DNA from: Takakia lepidozioides
Lineage: Eukaryota; Plantae; Bryophyta
Length of the DNA: 64,000 nucleotides
Reading direction: 5' to 3'
Assembly (NCBI GenBank): GCA_030704615.1
Contig: CM060732.1
Coordinates: 33,294,001 to 33,358,000, forward strand
Position numbers and translations under genes: made by a program. Position 1 is the first letter of the stretch, and each line of letters opens with the position of its first letter. Positions 38,503 through 52,000 of this stretch are shown in pieces. The notes under the pieces are model-generated. The model had not been told where the DNA came from, did not search any database, and worked only from the letters and a program-made list of their open reading frames with translations.

Positions 38503-41500
38503 TGCTGCTGCTTCCAGTTCACCATCTACCCATGCAGGTTTCTTGTAGCTAGCAATCCACAGGGGATCGTAGGTGCACTTGTGCTTGAAATCTGGCCCTC
38601 TAGGATGAATCTGGACCCACCCTCCATCCCTCCTAATTCAGCTTTTGCTGCCTCGGCACCAATAATGCATAGATCCTCCCCCTGCTGATAGCAACTGACA
38701 ATGGCAGCCTAAAATTTGTTCTACCAAACACCCCAACCCTAATATCACACACTAGTTCCTATGCTAAATTGCTCCCACAACTTCAAAAAATGTGCTGGGG
38801 GGAGGGAGTGGATGACAATTTGCAAGAAAGTTTGTCTGTTTCTCTCTGTAGTTTAACAGGCACTTACCTTTTTGCCCCGATTGTCCCACCATTGACTGGG
38901 GTCCGAAAAATATTCCTTCCAAAGCTTCTCCTCATCTCTGTTTTCTGTTTTTTGATATTTTCCTGTTGCCACATTGGCAGTAACATGTCAAAACCCTCCA
39001 AAACTACCATAGATCCTCACAACAAGCTAACTTGCACAATTTAACATGAAAAATTGGGGACGACTCCAATAAGAGGAAAAATAGGCCGAGATCTCTTGAA
39101 GAAGAAAATGCCTCACCACATTGTCCTTGACCTTGTGTCATGAAGGCAGCTAGCTTTTCTCTCACCCAAGGAGGATTCAACCAACCATCAACCCAAAGGA
39201 CCCCTTCTGTGCGCTGCTTGTGCGTGTAGTCAGGTGATCTGGGATGGGTCTGTGAGAACCACCATGCCGCATCTGAGGAACCATAGATTTCAAGACGGCC
39301 TCCTAAGAAAAAGATGACCCTTCCCAAGTACCTTGTAAACACAAGTAAAAAAGAACAAATCATGATATTGACAGTCTCCTTTATGGAGGAGTGCTAGTGC
39401 AGATTTAACAACATTCATTGCAAGTCACTGTGAGCTCCATTGGACTCTACACTATGAGGAACATCCGAACATGTCCAACGGATGCTAAACAAGCTTATGT
39501 CTGTAGTCTGGAGATTTTCCAGTGGTCTGTGAAAATGACCAGGGAGCAGCCACAGGTCTCAACCCTCCCATGTACATTGCGAACTCCAGGGAAAGGACCT
39601 GGCGCAACCTACTTTCATGCCTGCTTAGGAAGAACAACCTACAATACTGACAGTAGAAGTAGTTTTTGCAAAGTAAACCGAGAATCTAACTGCCCTCAAC
39701 AACTAGGGGTACAATCCAGTCCAAACAATATTATCCTACCAGAGTTCAGTCAAACTCCCTCAGACTCCTTGACATCCTACATGGAGGAAGCTCACCTTGT
39801 GAACGCTGCAGTCCCACGATTGTGAATGATCCTTAAAGACCTCCTGCCAGCTCTGTACCATGTTCCGGCATTGACCTACATGCCAGATATACCAACTATC
39901 GGCCTTGTCTAACTATCCCATCCTTGCCCAGACTATATTCCCTTACGCTGAATTGCTCAAACGACAGTTCCAAGCCTGGATCTTACGACGCATACAACAC
40001 AGCGACCCCAAGAAAGGAAACCGCAAAGTGTTCATTTTATTACCTAAAGTGAACGGACTCTCTGAAGGTTGGCGAGGAGTCATAGCCACCACATGCAAGG
40101 GACTCCGTCCTGTGCACATTGCCAAGGGGGATACCACTTTCAGCTCCACAACCCAACACCTTGATCCGCTGCATGACGCGAAGCCTGTCCCATGATCCAA
40201 GCGAGAGGACGGGGCCTTGGGTATGGAGTCGGCATGTGCGGTCAGGAGAACGCGAGACGAACCTGTCATCCCCGCCCGTGTGTGAGAAATTGGCCAGAAG
40301 ATATGTTTTGGTGCGTGTACTTGCAAATCCGATGCAAGAAACGATTGCAGCAGCAAGCTCCTCTATGCATGGGAAACCATCATCCAGCTTCGAGGATCGC
40401 GCATACCTGTGAACCATCATTTGCTACTGCATTTCTGTATGTCTCTTTCCTTCTTAATCAGGAGATCATTCAAGCGTTCCGGTTGCAGTGGTGAAGCAAC
40501 CCCCGGGACCAATCTTAAACGTTTCTGACAACCTGTTGGAACACAGATACTCTAAATCTGCAACATTTTAGTTGCTGCAACATTTCAGTTGCTGCAACAT
40601 TTCCTATTCACCGATCTGCTCCTGCCTTCAGACATTTCTCAGAACGGGAAAGAAAAATTATACCCAGCACGGACCTAATCAATAATATTGCTAAAGCTCA
40701 TGGCGGTCGATCCATATCCTGATGGTAGCATCCAACCCTGACAATGACCGCAAAAACTCAGCAGTAGGGGGGAAAAGTCCTGATAACATAGGATGGTCGC
40801 TGGATAAAGCATTTGGTTAGGATGCCATATGCTACCTGTAGGTCCCCGAGGCGAGGAAGGAGGTCGGAATGAATGGCATCTTGATCAAGGGCATTAACTT
40901 ATGCACTCCACGGCCAGTGGCCTACCACTTCAGAAGAGGATTATAAAAAAGGTGAGTTGAAACAAGGGACTCAGGAAGCGCCGAAACACAATACTGGCAG
41001 CATTTATGTGACGGATATCGAAAGCAGAGGCAGATCACTATGAGACAGAGCCAAAAGCAGTTTGATGCCACAAGTTTCTATTTGGAATTGCCTCCCGCTC
41101 ATGAAGCACAACATCTACGAGATCGTCTCCACCTCAATTTGGTAGGGAGCCGTGACTGCTACATGTTACATGGACTACGGGAATGGAATGGAATCGTGAG
41201 GCCTGTCTGAAATTGGATGATTGAAGTGTATGCTACTATTGCATGTCTGTATACTGCTCCTCCAGAGTGCGCCTGTGCGCTCATCGGTTGAATTTGTGAA
41301 ATGGGTCTCTCTGATTTCCCTTCATGACTTGGTAGATCGGTTTAATAATGGGTGTCTGTAACAGAATCATGGGTTATTCTTCCGTGCATGACAGTATGTT
41401 GTTCAAGGTTCTTCCCTGTTACTGGAAAAATACTTGCAGCTTTGGTGGATGTAGCGTTGACTATGTGAGGCTATGGTTGAGATGATGGCTGCTCAGCTGC

Positions 41501-41600
41501 CCACTGATAGTTTCTAAAGACAAGTTCAAGATCACCAGACTTTAGAAATAAACGCACAAAGGAGGCCCTCTGGATTGAAGATTGCTCAACCCCTCCTTGG

Positions 41601-44179
41601 GTGAAAACAGAGCTAGGTGCCATGATACAAGGTCGAGCACAATCAGGTGACGGCCCAGAGTATGGTCAAAGGACAGAGTCTGGTCAAACATGGGCGGGGG
41701 ACAGATTTCAGTATAAGCTACCATCAGCCTTGCTTGAAGGACTGACAAAGGGAGCCAACAAGAACTCTCTGGACACTTGTGAGGATGTGAGGACACTATG
41801 CAAGGCAGGACAACTGAAAAAAGCCCTGCACATTTTGACCAAAAGAGACATACCCGCAGGCTTCAATACATATGTATGTGTCTTGCAGGAGTGTATCAAA
41901 ATGAAAGCCCTAGCAGAAGGAAAGCAAGTGCACGCCCACATTACTCACAGTGGACTGAAGCTAAACACCTTTCTACTGAACACCCTTGTCAATATGTACG
42001 CAAAGTGTGGAAGTGTGGTGGATGCACGTCAAGTGTTTGAAAACATGGCTAAGCGAAATTTGTTTACATGGAATATAATGATAGGAGGATATGCCAAGCA
42101 TGGTTGTGCTAGAGAAGCTTTTGAGATGTATGAGCAAATGCAACGGGAAGGAGTGACTCCTGACAAGATTACATTCATTTGTGTTGTGGATGCGTGTGCC
42201 AGCCTAGGAGCCCTGGAAAAGGGCAAACGGGTCCATGCTGACATCACAAAAGCTGGATTTGAACCAGACATCATTTTGGAGAATACCCTTATCAACATGT
42301 ACACCAAATGTGGGAGTATAAAGGATGCACATGAAGTGTTCAACAGTATGGCTGAACAGGATGTTGTCTCATGGAATGTGATGATAGCAGGATATGCTCA
42401 GCATGAGTCTGGCAGGGAAGCTTTCAAGATGTATGAAATGGGTGATGCCGAGCCAGGTCACATTCGTTTGCCTTCTCAATGCATGTGCCAACCTAGCAGC
42501 CCTCAGGAAGGGCAAAGAGGTCCATGCTGACATCGTCAAAGCTGGAATTGTGCCAAATGTTATTCTGGATACTGCCCTTGTTAATATGTATGCCAAATGT
42601 GGGAGTGTTAAAGATGCCCGTCAAGTGTTTGACAATATAGCTGAACGGAATGTGGTTGCTTGGAATGCAATGATTCCGGGATATTCTCAACATGGGTATG
42701 GTAGGGAGGCCTTTGAGATTTATGAGCAAATGATAAGCGAAGGTGTAATACTCAGCCAGGTCACATTCATTTGCGCTCTCAATGCTTGTGCCAGACTTGG
42801 AGCCCTGGAAAAGGGAAAAGAGGTCCATGGTAGTGTCAGGAAAGCTGGACTTGCATCATGCATAAATCTGGAAAATTCCCTTGTTGATATGTATGCCAAA
42901 TGCAGGAGCATGAAGGATGCGCTGGAGGTGTTCGATAATATGGCTGAACGAGGTGTGGTCTCATGGAATGCAATGATTGGAGGTTATTCCCAGCATGGTT
43001 TGGGTAGGGAGGCTGTCGCAATCTATGAGCAAATGATACGTGAAGGGGTGTCACCAAACAAGGTTACATTCATTTGCATCCTCCATGCATGTGCCTGTCT
43101 GGCAGCCCTGCAAAAGGGCATAGAGATCCATGCTGACATTGTGAGAGCAGGAATTGCACCAGACATCATTCTCAACACCTCCCTTGTCAATATGTATGCT
43201 AAGTGTGGGAGCATAAAGGATGCAGACCAAGTGCTCAACAGTATGGTTGTACGCAATGTGGTCTCTTGGAATGCCATAATCGCCGGATATGCTCAGCATG
43301 GATGTGGTGTGGAAACCCTACAACTATTTGAACAAATGCAACAGGAAGGCTTGAAACCGAACAATGTCACCTTCATATGTCTTCTCTCTGCATGTAGCCA
43401 TGTGGGCCTAGTGGATGAAGGCTGTCACTACTTTGATTCCATGAGTCAACATCATGGTCTCACTCCTACAATGCAGCATTTTGATGCATGGTGGACCTTC
43501 TTGGCCGTGCAGGGCAATTGGAAGAGGCAGAAGACTTCATTAACAGTATGCCAATTGAACCAGGCGCTGCAGTGTGGGGGGCTTTGCTCAGTGCCTGCAG
43601 AGTTCATGGCAATGTAAAGGTGGCAGAACGTGCAGCAAAATGCCTTATCAAGTGTGATCCGCAGGACGCTGCAACTTATGTGCTGCTATCAAACATCTAT
43701 GCTGCTGCTGGCAGGTGGGATGATACAGCAAAGGTGAGAATAATAATGCAGGACAGGGGTGTCAGAAAGGATCCAGGGCACAGCTGCATTGAGGTTGACA
43801 ACCAGGTGCATACCTTCCTTGTAGGAGACAAATTGCATCACAAATTCAGGAAATCCATGCTGAGCTGGAGAGATTGCCAGGGCAGATGAAGGAGGCCGGG
43901 TACGTGCCTGACACCCGCTTTGTATTGCATGACGTGGAGGAGGAGCGAAAACAAATTTCTCTTTATCACCACAGTGAGAAGCTAGCCATTGCGTTTGGGC
44001 TGATTGCCACGCCTCCTGGGCTGCCTATCCGAGTCATCAAGAACCTTAGGGTGTGTGGTGACTGCCACTCGGCCACCAAGTTCATCTCAAAGATTGCTCG
44101 GCGAGCAATTGTTGTACGGGATGCCAACCACTTTCACCACTTCCAAGAGGGGTTTTGTTCTTGTGGAGATTACTGGTGA
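41601..44179 (+). pseudogene. Frameshifted PLS-E-DYW PPR gene
   Basis: Complete PLS-E-DYW coding potential is split over four ORFs by a net 14-nt deletion (about 42436) and two 1-nt deletions (about 43485 and 43840). Confidence 0.88.
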
Positions 44180-44183
44180 AATA

Positions 44184-47100
44184 TGTTAGAAGTCAGCTCA
44201 GATTTAGTTAGCTAGGGTTCTGTTAGGGTTTTTTGACGGCTAGGGATAGTTCTACCAGAAGGTTCCAGCCACCAGAAGTTTCTAGAGAACTCATGTAGGA
44301 TTTAAGAGAAAGGCTGAGGCAATGCCCAGCACTTCTTCTAGCATTTTGGATGTGCTATCCTAGTAGATTGCAGAGAGAGGAGGAGGAGAAGTCCAGCATC
44401 TACTTTTGTAAGTTCTTTTCTTTTGCAGTAAGGAGCATTCTTGTTAGGACTGACACTTCTTGTTAGTACTAACTCTTTGGTTGGTTTAGGCTGTCAGTTT
44501 TTGTACTGCTGCTTGTGCTAGAAGCTATCTGTCAATATCACTAGGAGGTAGAGGACAGGTCTAGTTTCCAACAGGTTATGGGCCCACAAGACGTTACAAC
44601 TACTTGGACAGTTGAGCCACTGGATGGCAACAACTATAAGAGTTGGATCTACACGATGCAGCTCCTGCTCTCTTCAAAGAGCCTATGGTCAATAGTGGCT
44701 AAAAGGCCTTCAGAGGATAACCTGAAGGAGGAGAGATGGATCCAAAAGAATGAGCTTGCAATGGCAGCTCTAGTCACAAACATGAGATCAAAGCTGGTAG
44801 TTTTGGTAAGGAATCTTACAACTGCTCATGAGGTCTGGCAGACCTTAAGTGAGGTGTATGAGGCAGATGCGATGGGGAAAGCATATGTCCTATGGAAACA
44901 GCTCATGGACTTGAGAATGAGAGAAGGTGAGAGTGTAGCCATTCACATTGCCACTGTTAAAGCCATGTGTCTGGAGATAATTGATGCGGGAGAACCCATG
45001 ACTGAATCACTTCAGATCATGACCTTGTTTGGCACCTTGCCAAAGAGTTATGACATGGTGGAAACCGCATTGGCTACTCATGGTAAGAGTAGACTGAGTT
45101 GGAAGTATGTCACTTCACAACTCATCATGGAAGAAAGCAAGCTGACTAGGGGTAGCTCAAGTATGGACAATGCCCTGACGGCTACTTCCATCAAGAAAGA
45201 TGGAGCATGTTTCCGATGCGGCAAATTTGGGCATTTCCAGAAGGACTGCAAGGTGAAGATTGACAAGCCCAAGAAGGACAAGTGGAGACCAAGGAAAGGG
45301 AAGTCTGTACATGCACATGTCGCTGACATGGGCAACGACAGTGAAGTTCACCTGTTTATGGCAGATGCAGCTTACAGTCGTGATGACAGTGAAGTTCACC
45401 TGTTTATGGCAGATGCAGCTTACAGTCGTGATGAAGACTACCTGCTGACTACTGAAGGAGAACACTGTGGAGATGAGTGGTATTTGGACTCTGGAGCTAC
45501 TAACCACATGTGTGGGAGGAAGGAGTTGTTTCACAACTTGAAACCCATTCAGCCTAGGAACGTAAAGATGGGCAACAAGACGTTTTCTGTAAGTACGATG
45601 ATGGGAGAAATCCCTGTCAACTTTATCAGAAAAGAGAGTAAGGTTACCCGTTGTACCCTTCAGAAAGTCCTATATGTGCCAAACTTGGCAAAGAATCTGA
45701 TCTCTGTTAGTACCTTGGATGAGCTTGGGTATGATGTCATTTTCAGAAACAATGCTTGCAGCATCCAGAAGGGCAACGAGGAACTCTGCTATGGAGTGAA
45801 GGAGCAGAGACTCTACAAGCTTTTGAGTACATCTGGAACTCAGGAGGAGGCCAATGTTGGGGACACAATGGACACTGCACCATTGTGGCATAGAAGGTTG
45901 GGTCACTTGGGGACACAAGCGATCAAGGATCTTCAAAAGTTGGCGTTGGGATTGAATGTGGACTGGTCACATGAGCTACAGTTCTGTGAAGGATGTGCTA
46001 AAGGGAAACAGCACAAGTCATCAATGCCCAAGGAATCTGCCACAAGAGCCAAGGAGAGGCTGGAGTTGATACACACAGATGTGTGTGGCCCCATGAAGAC
46101 AACATCACTGGGAGGATCTAGGTACTTTGTCACCTTCACTGATGACATGAGTAGAAAGACTTTCTTATATCCCTTGAGAGAGAAAGGTCAAGTGTTGCAG
46201 GTCTTTAAGCAATTTGTGCATGAAGTAGAAAACCAGCTGGACCTCAAAGTCAAGGTTCTGAGGAGCGATGGTGGGGGGGAATTCCTAAATCAGGAATTCA
46301 AAAACTATCTTGCTGAGAAAGGCATAAAGAGCCAAGTAACAGCGAGGGACAGTCCAGCCCAGAATGGAGTGGCAGAGAGATTAAACAGAACACTGGTTGA
46401 GAAGGCTAGATGTATGCTACAGACCTCAGGCCTTGGACCAGAGTTTTGGGGAGAGGCGATCAGCACTGCCACCTATCTGAAAAATTTGAGTCCCACGCGA
46501 GCTTTGAAAGACATGACTCCAGAGGAGGCGTGGAGTGGGAAGAAGCCAAACCTGAAGCATCTAAGAGTTTTTGGTTGTGCTGCTTATGCATTGATACCTG
46601 ACGGGCAAAGGAGCAAGTTGGATGCCAAGTCAGAAAGATGTATCTTCATTGGGTATGATCTGGGATGCAAGGGGTACAAGGTCTACAATCCTAGAACCAA
46701 GAGGTCAATCAGGAGTAGAGATGTCCTGTTTGATGAGGATAATTTTGGGAAGGAGACAAAGCCCAAGGACCTGTCCGTTCCTGTGATAATCCCTGATGTG
46801 GGAGAAAAAAAAGGGGAACAACCAGTAGTAAAGGTTTACACTCGAAGGGAGAAGGTGGCGAAGAAACCAGAAGAGGATGAAGATTCTGAAGATCGGGATC
46901 CTATTGACAAGGATGGGGGGCCTAGAAGGTCAGGAAGGATCAGCAACCCCCAGAAAGGTTTGGAGCTAATGTGGCAGAAGGACTGACTGGTCTGACTATG
47001 GATAACATAGGGCAGATGGAAAGTTGTTTCCATGCCCTTGATGATGCAGAGGAGCCAGCCACCCTCAATGACGCTTTGGCAAGGGATGATGCCAATGAGT

Positions 47101-49000
47101 GGGAGGGAGCTGTACTAGAGGAGATGAAATCTCTAAAAGAAAACCAGACTTGGGAGCTGGTAACACTGCCTGGTGGTAGAAAGGCGGTAGATTGCAAGTG
47201 GGTTTTCAAAGTGAAAAGAGGACCCAACAATGAGATAGTGAAGTACAAGGCCAGACTTGTGGCCAAAGGATTCACACAGACTGCAGGGCTTGACTACAAT
47301 GAAACTTCTGCCCCGGTGGCAAAGTTCACCTCCATCCGATGTTTACTGGCATTGGCAGCGAAGCATGACTGGGAGATAGAACACATGGACGTGAAGACTG
47401 CATTCTTGAATGGGGATCTCCAGGAGGAGATCTACATGAAACAACCAGAAGGCTTCCAAGAAGGTGATAAGGTGTGTCGGCTCAAGAAATCGTTATATGG
47501 ACTCAAACAGGCATCGAGGACATGGTATGAGAAGATCAATAGCTACTTGACAGGCCAAGGTTTTGTAAGGAGTACAGCTGATCAGAGCATTTACTACATG
47601 ACATCAGGTGTCATGATAATAGCACTCTATGTGGATGACCTGCTACTGATCAGCGACAACAAGGATACCATGCGCTGGCAGAAGCATGATTTGAGTGAAA
47701 CCTTTGAGATGGTTGATCTTGGAGCCGTGAACTACCTACTTGGAATTCAGATTCTGAGGGACAGGAAGGCGAGAACTATAAAGTTGAGCCAAGAGAGGTA
47801 TGTCAGGAATGTTGTTGCGAATTTTGGTATGCAGGACTGCAAACCAGCACCAACACCATTGGAAACCGGCTGCAAGCTGAGTAAGGAAATGGAGCCAAAA
47901 TCTCCAAGTGAGATTGAGGAAATGGCTAAGGTTCCATATCAGCAAGCCATGGGATCTCTGATGTATGCAATGATTGGCACCAGGCCAGACATTGCCTATG
48001 CAGTGGGAATGCTTAGTAAGTTCATGCACAACCCAGGACCTCAGCATTGGAAAGCACTCAAGAGGGTGATTAGATATTTGAAAGGGACTGCGGATACATG
48101 TCTAACTTACAACAAGCAAGACACTGGAGCATCACTAGAAGGATACAGTGATGCAGATTGGGCAGGAGACACAGATGAGAGGAGATCCATATCTGCCTAC
48201 TGCTTTGTAATGAGTGGAGGTGCTGTGAGCTGGAGCAGCAAAAGACAGCAGACCACTGCTCTATCCTCGACTGAGTCAGAGTATATGGCTCTGACACATG
48301 CAGCTAAAGAAGCCATTTGGATTCGAAGGCTTCTTGGTGAACTTGGCTTCAGTCAAGAACAGCCAACGAAAGTGCATGCTGATAACAGGAGCAGCATTGA
48401 GCTGAGCAAGAATCCTGTTCATCACGCCCGGACCAAGCACATAGATATCAAACATCATTTCATTAGAGAAATGATTGGTTTGGAGATTGAGTTGGTTTAC
48501 TGTAGGACTGAGGACATGGCAGCTGATGCACTCACAAAGGCTCTATCCATGGAAAAGCATTCTAGATGCATGGAACTGATTGGGTTAAGCCTCAATCCTC
48601 GCTGAGTGGGAGTGTTAGAAGTCAGCTCAGATTTAGTTAGCTAGGGTTCTGTTAGGGTTTTTTGACGGCTAGGGATAGTTCTACCAGAAGGTTCCAGCCA
48701 CCAGAAGTTTCTAGAGAACTCATGTAGGATTTAAGAGAAAGGCTGAGGCAATGCCCAGCACTTCTTCTAGCATTTTGGATGTGCTATCCTAGTAGATTGC
48801 AGAGAGAGGAGGAGAAGTCCAGCATCTACTTTTGTAAGTTCTTTTTCTTTTGCAGTAAGGAGCATTCTTGTTAGGACTGACACTTCTTGTTAGTACTAAC
48901 TCTTTGGTTGGTTTAGGCTGTCAGTTTTTGTACTGCTGCTTGTGCTAGAAGCTATCTGTCAATATCACTAGGAGGTAGAGGACAGGTCTAGTTTCCAACA
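44184..49000 (+). mobile_element. Very young full-length Ty1/Copia retrotransposon with half-tRNA-iMet PBS (Hemivirus/Osser-Bryco-like)
   Basis: LTRs 44184-44573 and 48613-49000 differ only by two slippage indels. TSD AAATA, PBS GGTTATGGGCCCA, PPT tgagtgggag. Confidence 0.98.
44578..48605 (+). CDS. Copia Gag-Pol polyprotein (Gag CCHC, PR, INT, RT, RNase H) with a single frameshift at about 46950
   Basis: CFRCGKFGHFQKDC, WYLDSGATNHM, LWHRRLGH..CEGC, HTDVCGP, RSDGGGEF, MDVKTAFLNG, LYVDD, YSDADWAGD and ADNRSSI. Confidence 0.95.
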
Positions 49001-52000
49001 AAATATGCAGAATGTGGGAGAGAAACCGAACTGCTTCAGACATGAGGGCAAAATGTGGGCAAAAAATTCTGTCAATGAAGGTAATAGTCAGTACCTGCAT
49101 TATCTGGGAGGTGCAGATGTGGATGATCACCATTCATAAACGATCATGAAATGGCAGGTGTGAAGTCATGGAAATCCTTATTGCAGAGTTGTTGATAGGT
49201 TGCACAAAGCATTAGGTAGGAAGAACATCCTGTTTTGAACCACACCGATAAAATAATGGGGTGCCCTATACTTGAGAAGCAAGACCTGAGGATGATCTGT
49301 TTGGAGGGACTGGGGACCTGCTGCATCTTTATAGAGCTTGTCACTTTTACCTTGAACACCTGTTCTTTCTACTGGCCTTCCTGGCCAATAAGGAAGAGTG
49401 TGATGGATTGAAAATGTCATCATCTATAACCTGAACACTGAGACCTTTGAATAGCTCTGAATTGCCACAATCTGCACGTTTACAATGGCATATGTGGCTT
49501 GTGGGATGCCTAGTGGCTTTCGATTGTTGTCAGAATTAGTTGATACAACATCTGAAGCTATAAAGGACAAAAGACTGCACAAGTTCCAGGTTAAGGTTTA
49601 ACCCCTTCTTTCAACCATAACTTTCTTGATCCAGGTCCAACTGAAGAGCTCCAAATCGGAGGATGTTAGTCTTGTGCCTGGTTGAGGCTGCATGGATTCA
49701 CCCATCTGCACATCTCAAATCAGATATCAAACTTGACTGAGTCCATACCAGAGACGGTACATCATATGGATGGCTCATATATTGCAGCTTAAATAGCCGT
49801 GCAAAGATGTGCCAGTGGAAGCTCAGCAAACCAGCATGCAAGCTCCAAATGACAGCTTTATGAAAGCGACATCCTTGGTATGTGGACAGGTTACATGTCT
49901 TGCGGATCACAGTACATTTCCTTGTGCACGATGGTCTGCAGCTCTATACCCGTGCTCAGTGGAGCTCAGTCCCTGCACTGGCCTTATCAATGGCTCATCA
50001 ATGAAACAGATGGATGCATGTAAACTCTAAACCCGTCCTTTATGATTTAAGGAAATAGTTAACGAGACCAGGACGGCAGCAGAAGATAATTTGATTGAAG
50101 GCTTTTGGCTCAAGATATGAATCATGATCTTTCCACCGTTCCGAGTTTGCAAAGTAACAGCCATGCTTTGAAAAAACTGACTTGTAATAATGAAGTGATG
50201 TACTTTGCACTTCAACACTGCCGGCTGGAGTTGAGGATCTGAAACTGAAAACTTTGGGAACGGGAGAAGGACAGATCCAGCGGTGGGTCCTTATGGACTG
50301 CTTCGGTAGATTAGACACACAGACAATCTCTAACTCGGAGGTGCGCCGAGCTTTGAATCCCTTTTTGTCAGCCCGGTACCTTTGACGGGCTATTGGCCCA
50401 ACAGGAAGATACTCGATTACTGTGAAAATATGGGAGATTTTGCTGCAGCCGACCGATACCGCGACATTGTTTGCTTGGGGTTGTAAATTTTCGCTGTCTC
50501 TAGACTCAGATGTTCCTTCTTTCAGTTCTCGTTACGATTGTGGGGACTGATTAACGTTTTGAACAAGTATAATGTATTTGAATTTAAGTATCACTTGCCA
50601 GTGTAGAGGGCTTGCACGAAGACTTCCCCACTTGAGGAGATGTGCGCCCCTTCAGATAGAAGGAAAGAGAGAAGCTTTCAACCTAACTTCGACAGGAAGG
50701 AAGACAAACACACCTGACGATCTTCTTCACCATAGAGGTCGGCTCTTCCACTAGTGCCACGAGACGATACTGCACGCCTCTACAGCACCAAGTCAACATG
50801 TAAATAGCAGATCCCAAGTCAAGAAATTACTCTCAGAAAGTCCAAGCAAGCTATTAAGTTTCCAAAATAAAACTAGTCCAGGGCTCCGTAATTTGATCAG
50901 GGTTGCACTGATCGTGTGAATTAAAACGACACCCGTCAAGAAAAGCTGGAGGAATTTGTAGCCACCAGAATTGAGATGGATACTGGATACCAGTTCTGTA
51001 CTTAATTATCAACCTTGTTCCAGATTTGGGCTAGGCTGGAGATACAAGACCATGCGAGCTAAGCTCATCTTCAATGGTCAGAAGCTTCTATGTACACGAC
51101 ATAGGTAGTAGAACGCTCTTTGAACTATAATGTCTCCACTCCAATATTTTGTGCAAAGGCATTTTTTTTCTTCTCTCTCTTTGCACTGTAAGTCTATCAG
51201 TTTTGGGAACCTGAAGCTGCCAACAATACAGAGAGGACCAGAACACCCCAATATCATTTTGAGGTTCACAGATTATCTAAGCTGAACAGCGTCGTGCTCA
51301 TCGAACCACGTACAAGAATGTTCATGATAGCCAGCTTTGCGAAATTATGATTTGGGAACCTTTCTCGCTTAAGTTTATGCATCGTTGAAGGTACTTTCGA
51401 GAATTAGAAGTGACACTAGTCACTTCTGGTTGGCAGTAGTCAACGGAAGATTTGCTACCAAATCTTGACATAAATCTATGATTACCGTGGAATCTCTTAG
51501 CGCAACTAAAGGAACTCACTGATGTAAGGAGGCTGCTAAGTTTTGATATGAGGCAATAATACAGTGTGGTTATGATCCTTTTGCCACCTCTCTTCACCAT
51601 GAATAGTCTGTGTTCACACCTATGTTCACCTGATCGTAATCACAGGATTTTTCAAAAAAGGTATACATGATGGTGGATGTGGGCGGTTTGGAGGTTGAGG
51701 AGGGCCTCCATATGCCGATAGAACAGACTAGATCTATTCATTCCTTTGTACTTGCTTGATGTTTATTTGTAGCGGGCAGGAACATATTGTGAGGATTGGG
51801 TAAGTTAGTTGACCCTGCACCGAGTGGCCATCAAGTATACAGCATATCTTTTTCCCCCCTTCTGCTACAAAATTTTGTATCATAATTGAAATGAAGGACT
51901 CAGCAGGGATGATAAACCCATAATCATGCCTGGCCCCTAATTATTACAAACATATTTAAGATGTCTTTTTTTGGTTTCGCTACTTCCATCCAATTGACGA

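Noticed and set aside
35792-38548. Many antisense ORFs over the PPR gene (also over other genes and Copia)
   Set aside because: These are shadow frames of repetitive coding sequence.
35698-44179. U-to-C editing (DYW:KP) factors
   Set aside because: Both have a PG box, HSE and a DYW ending, the canonical C-to-U type.
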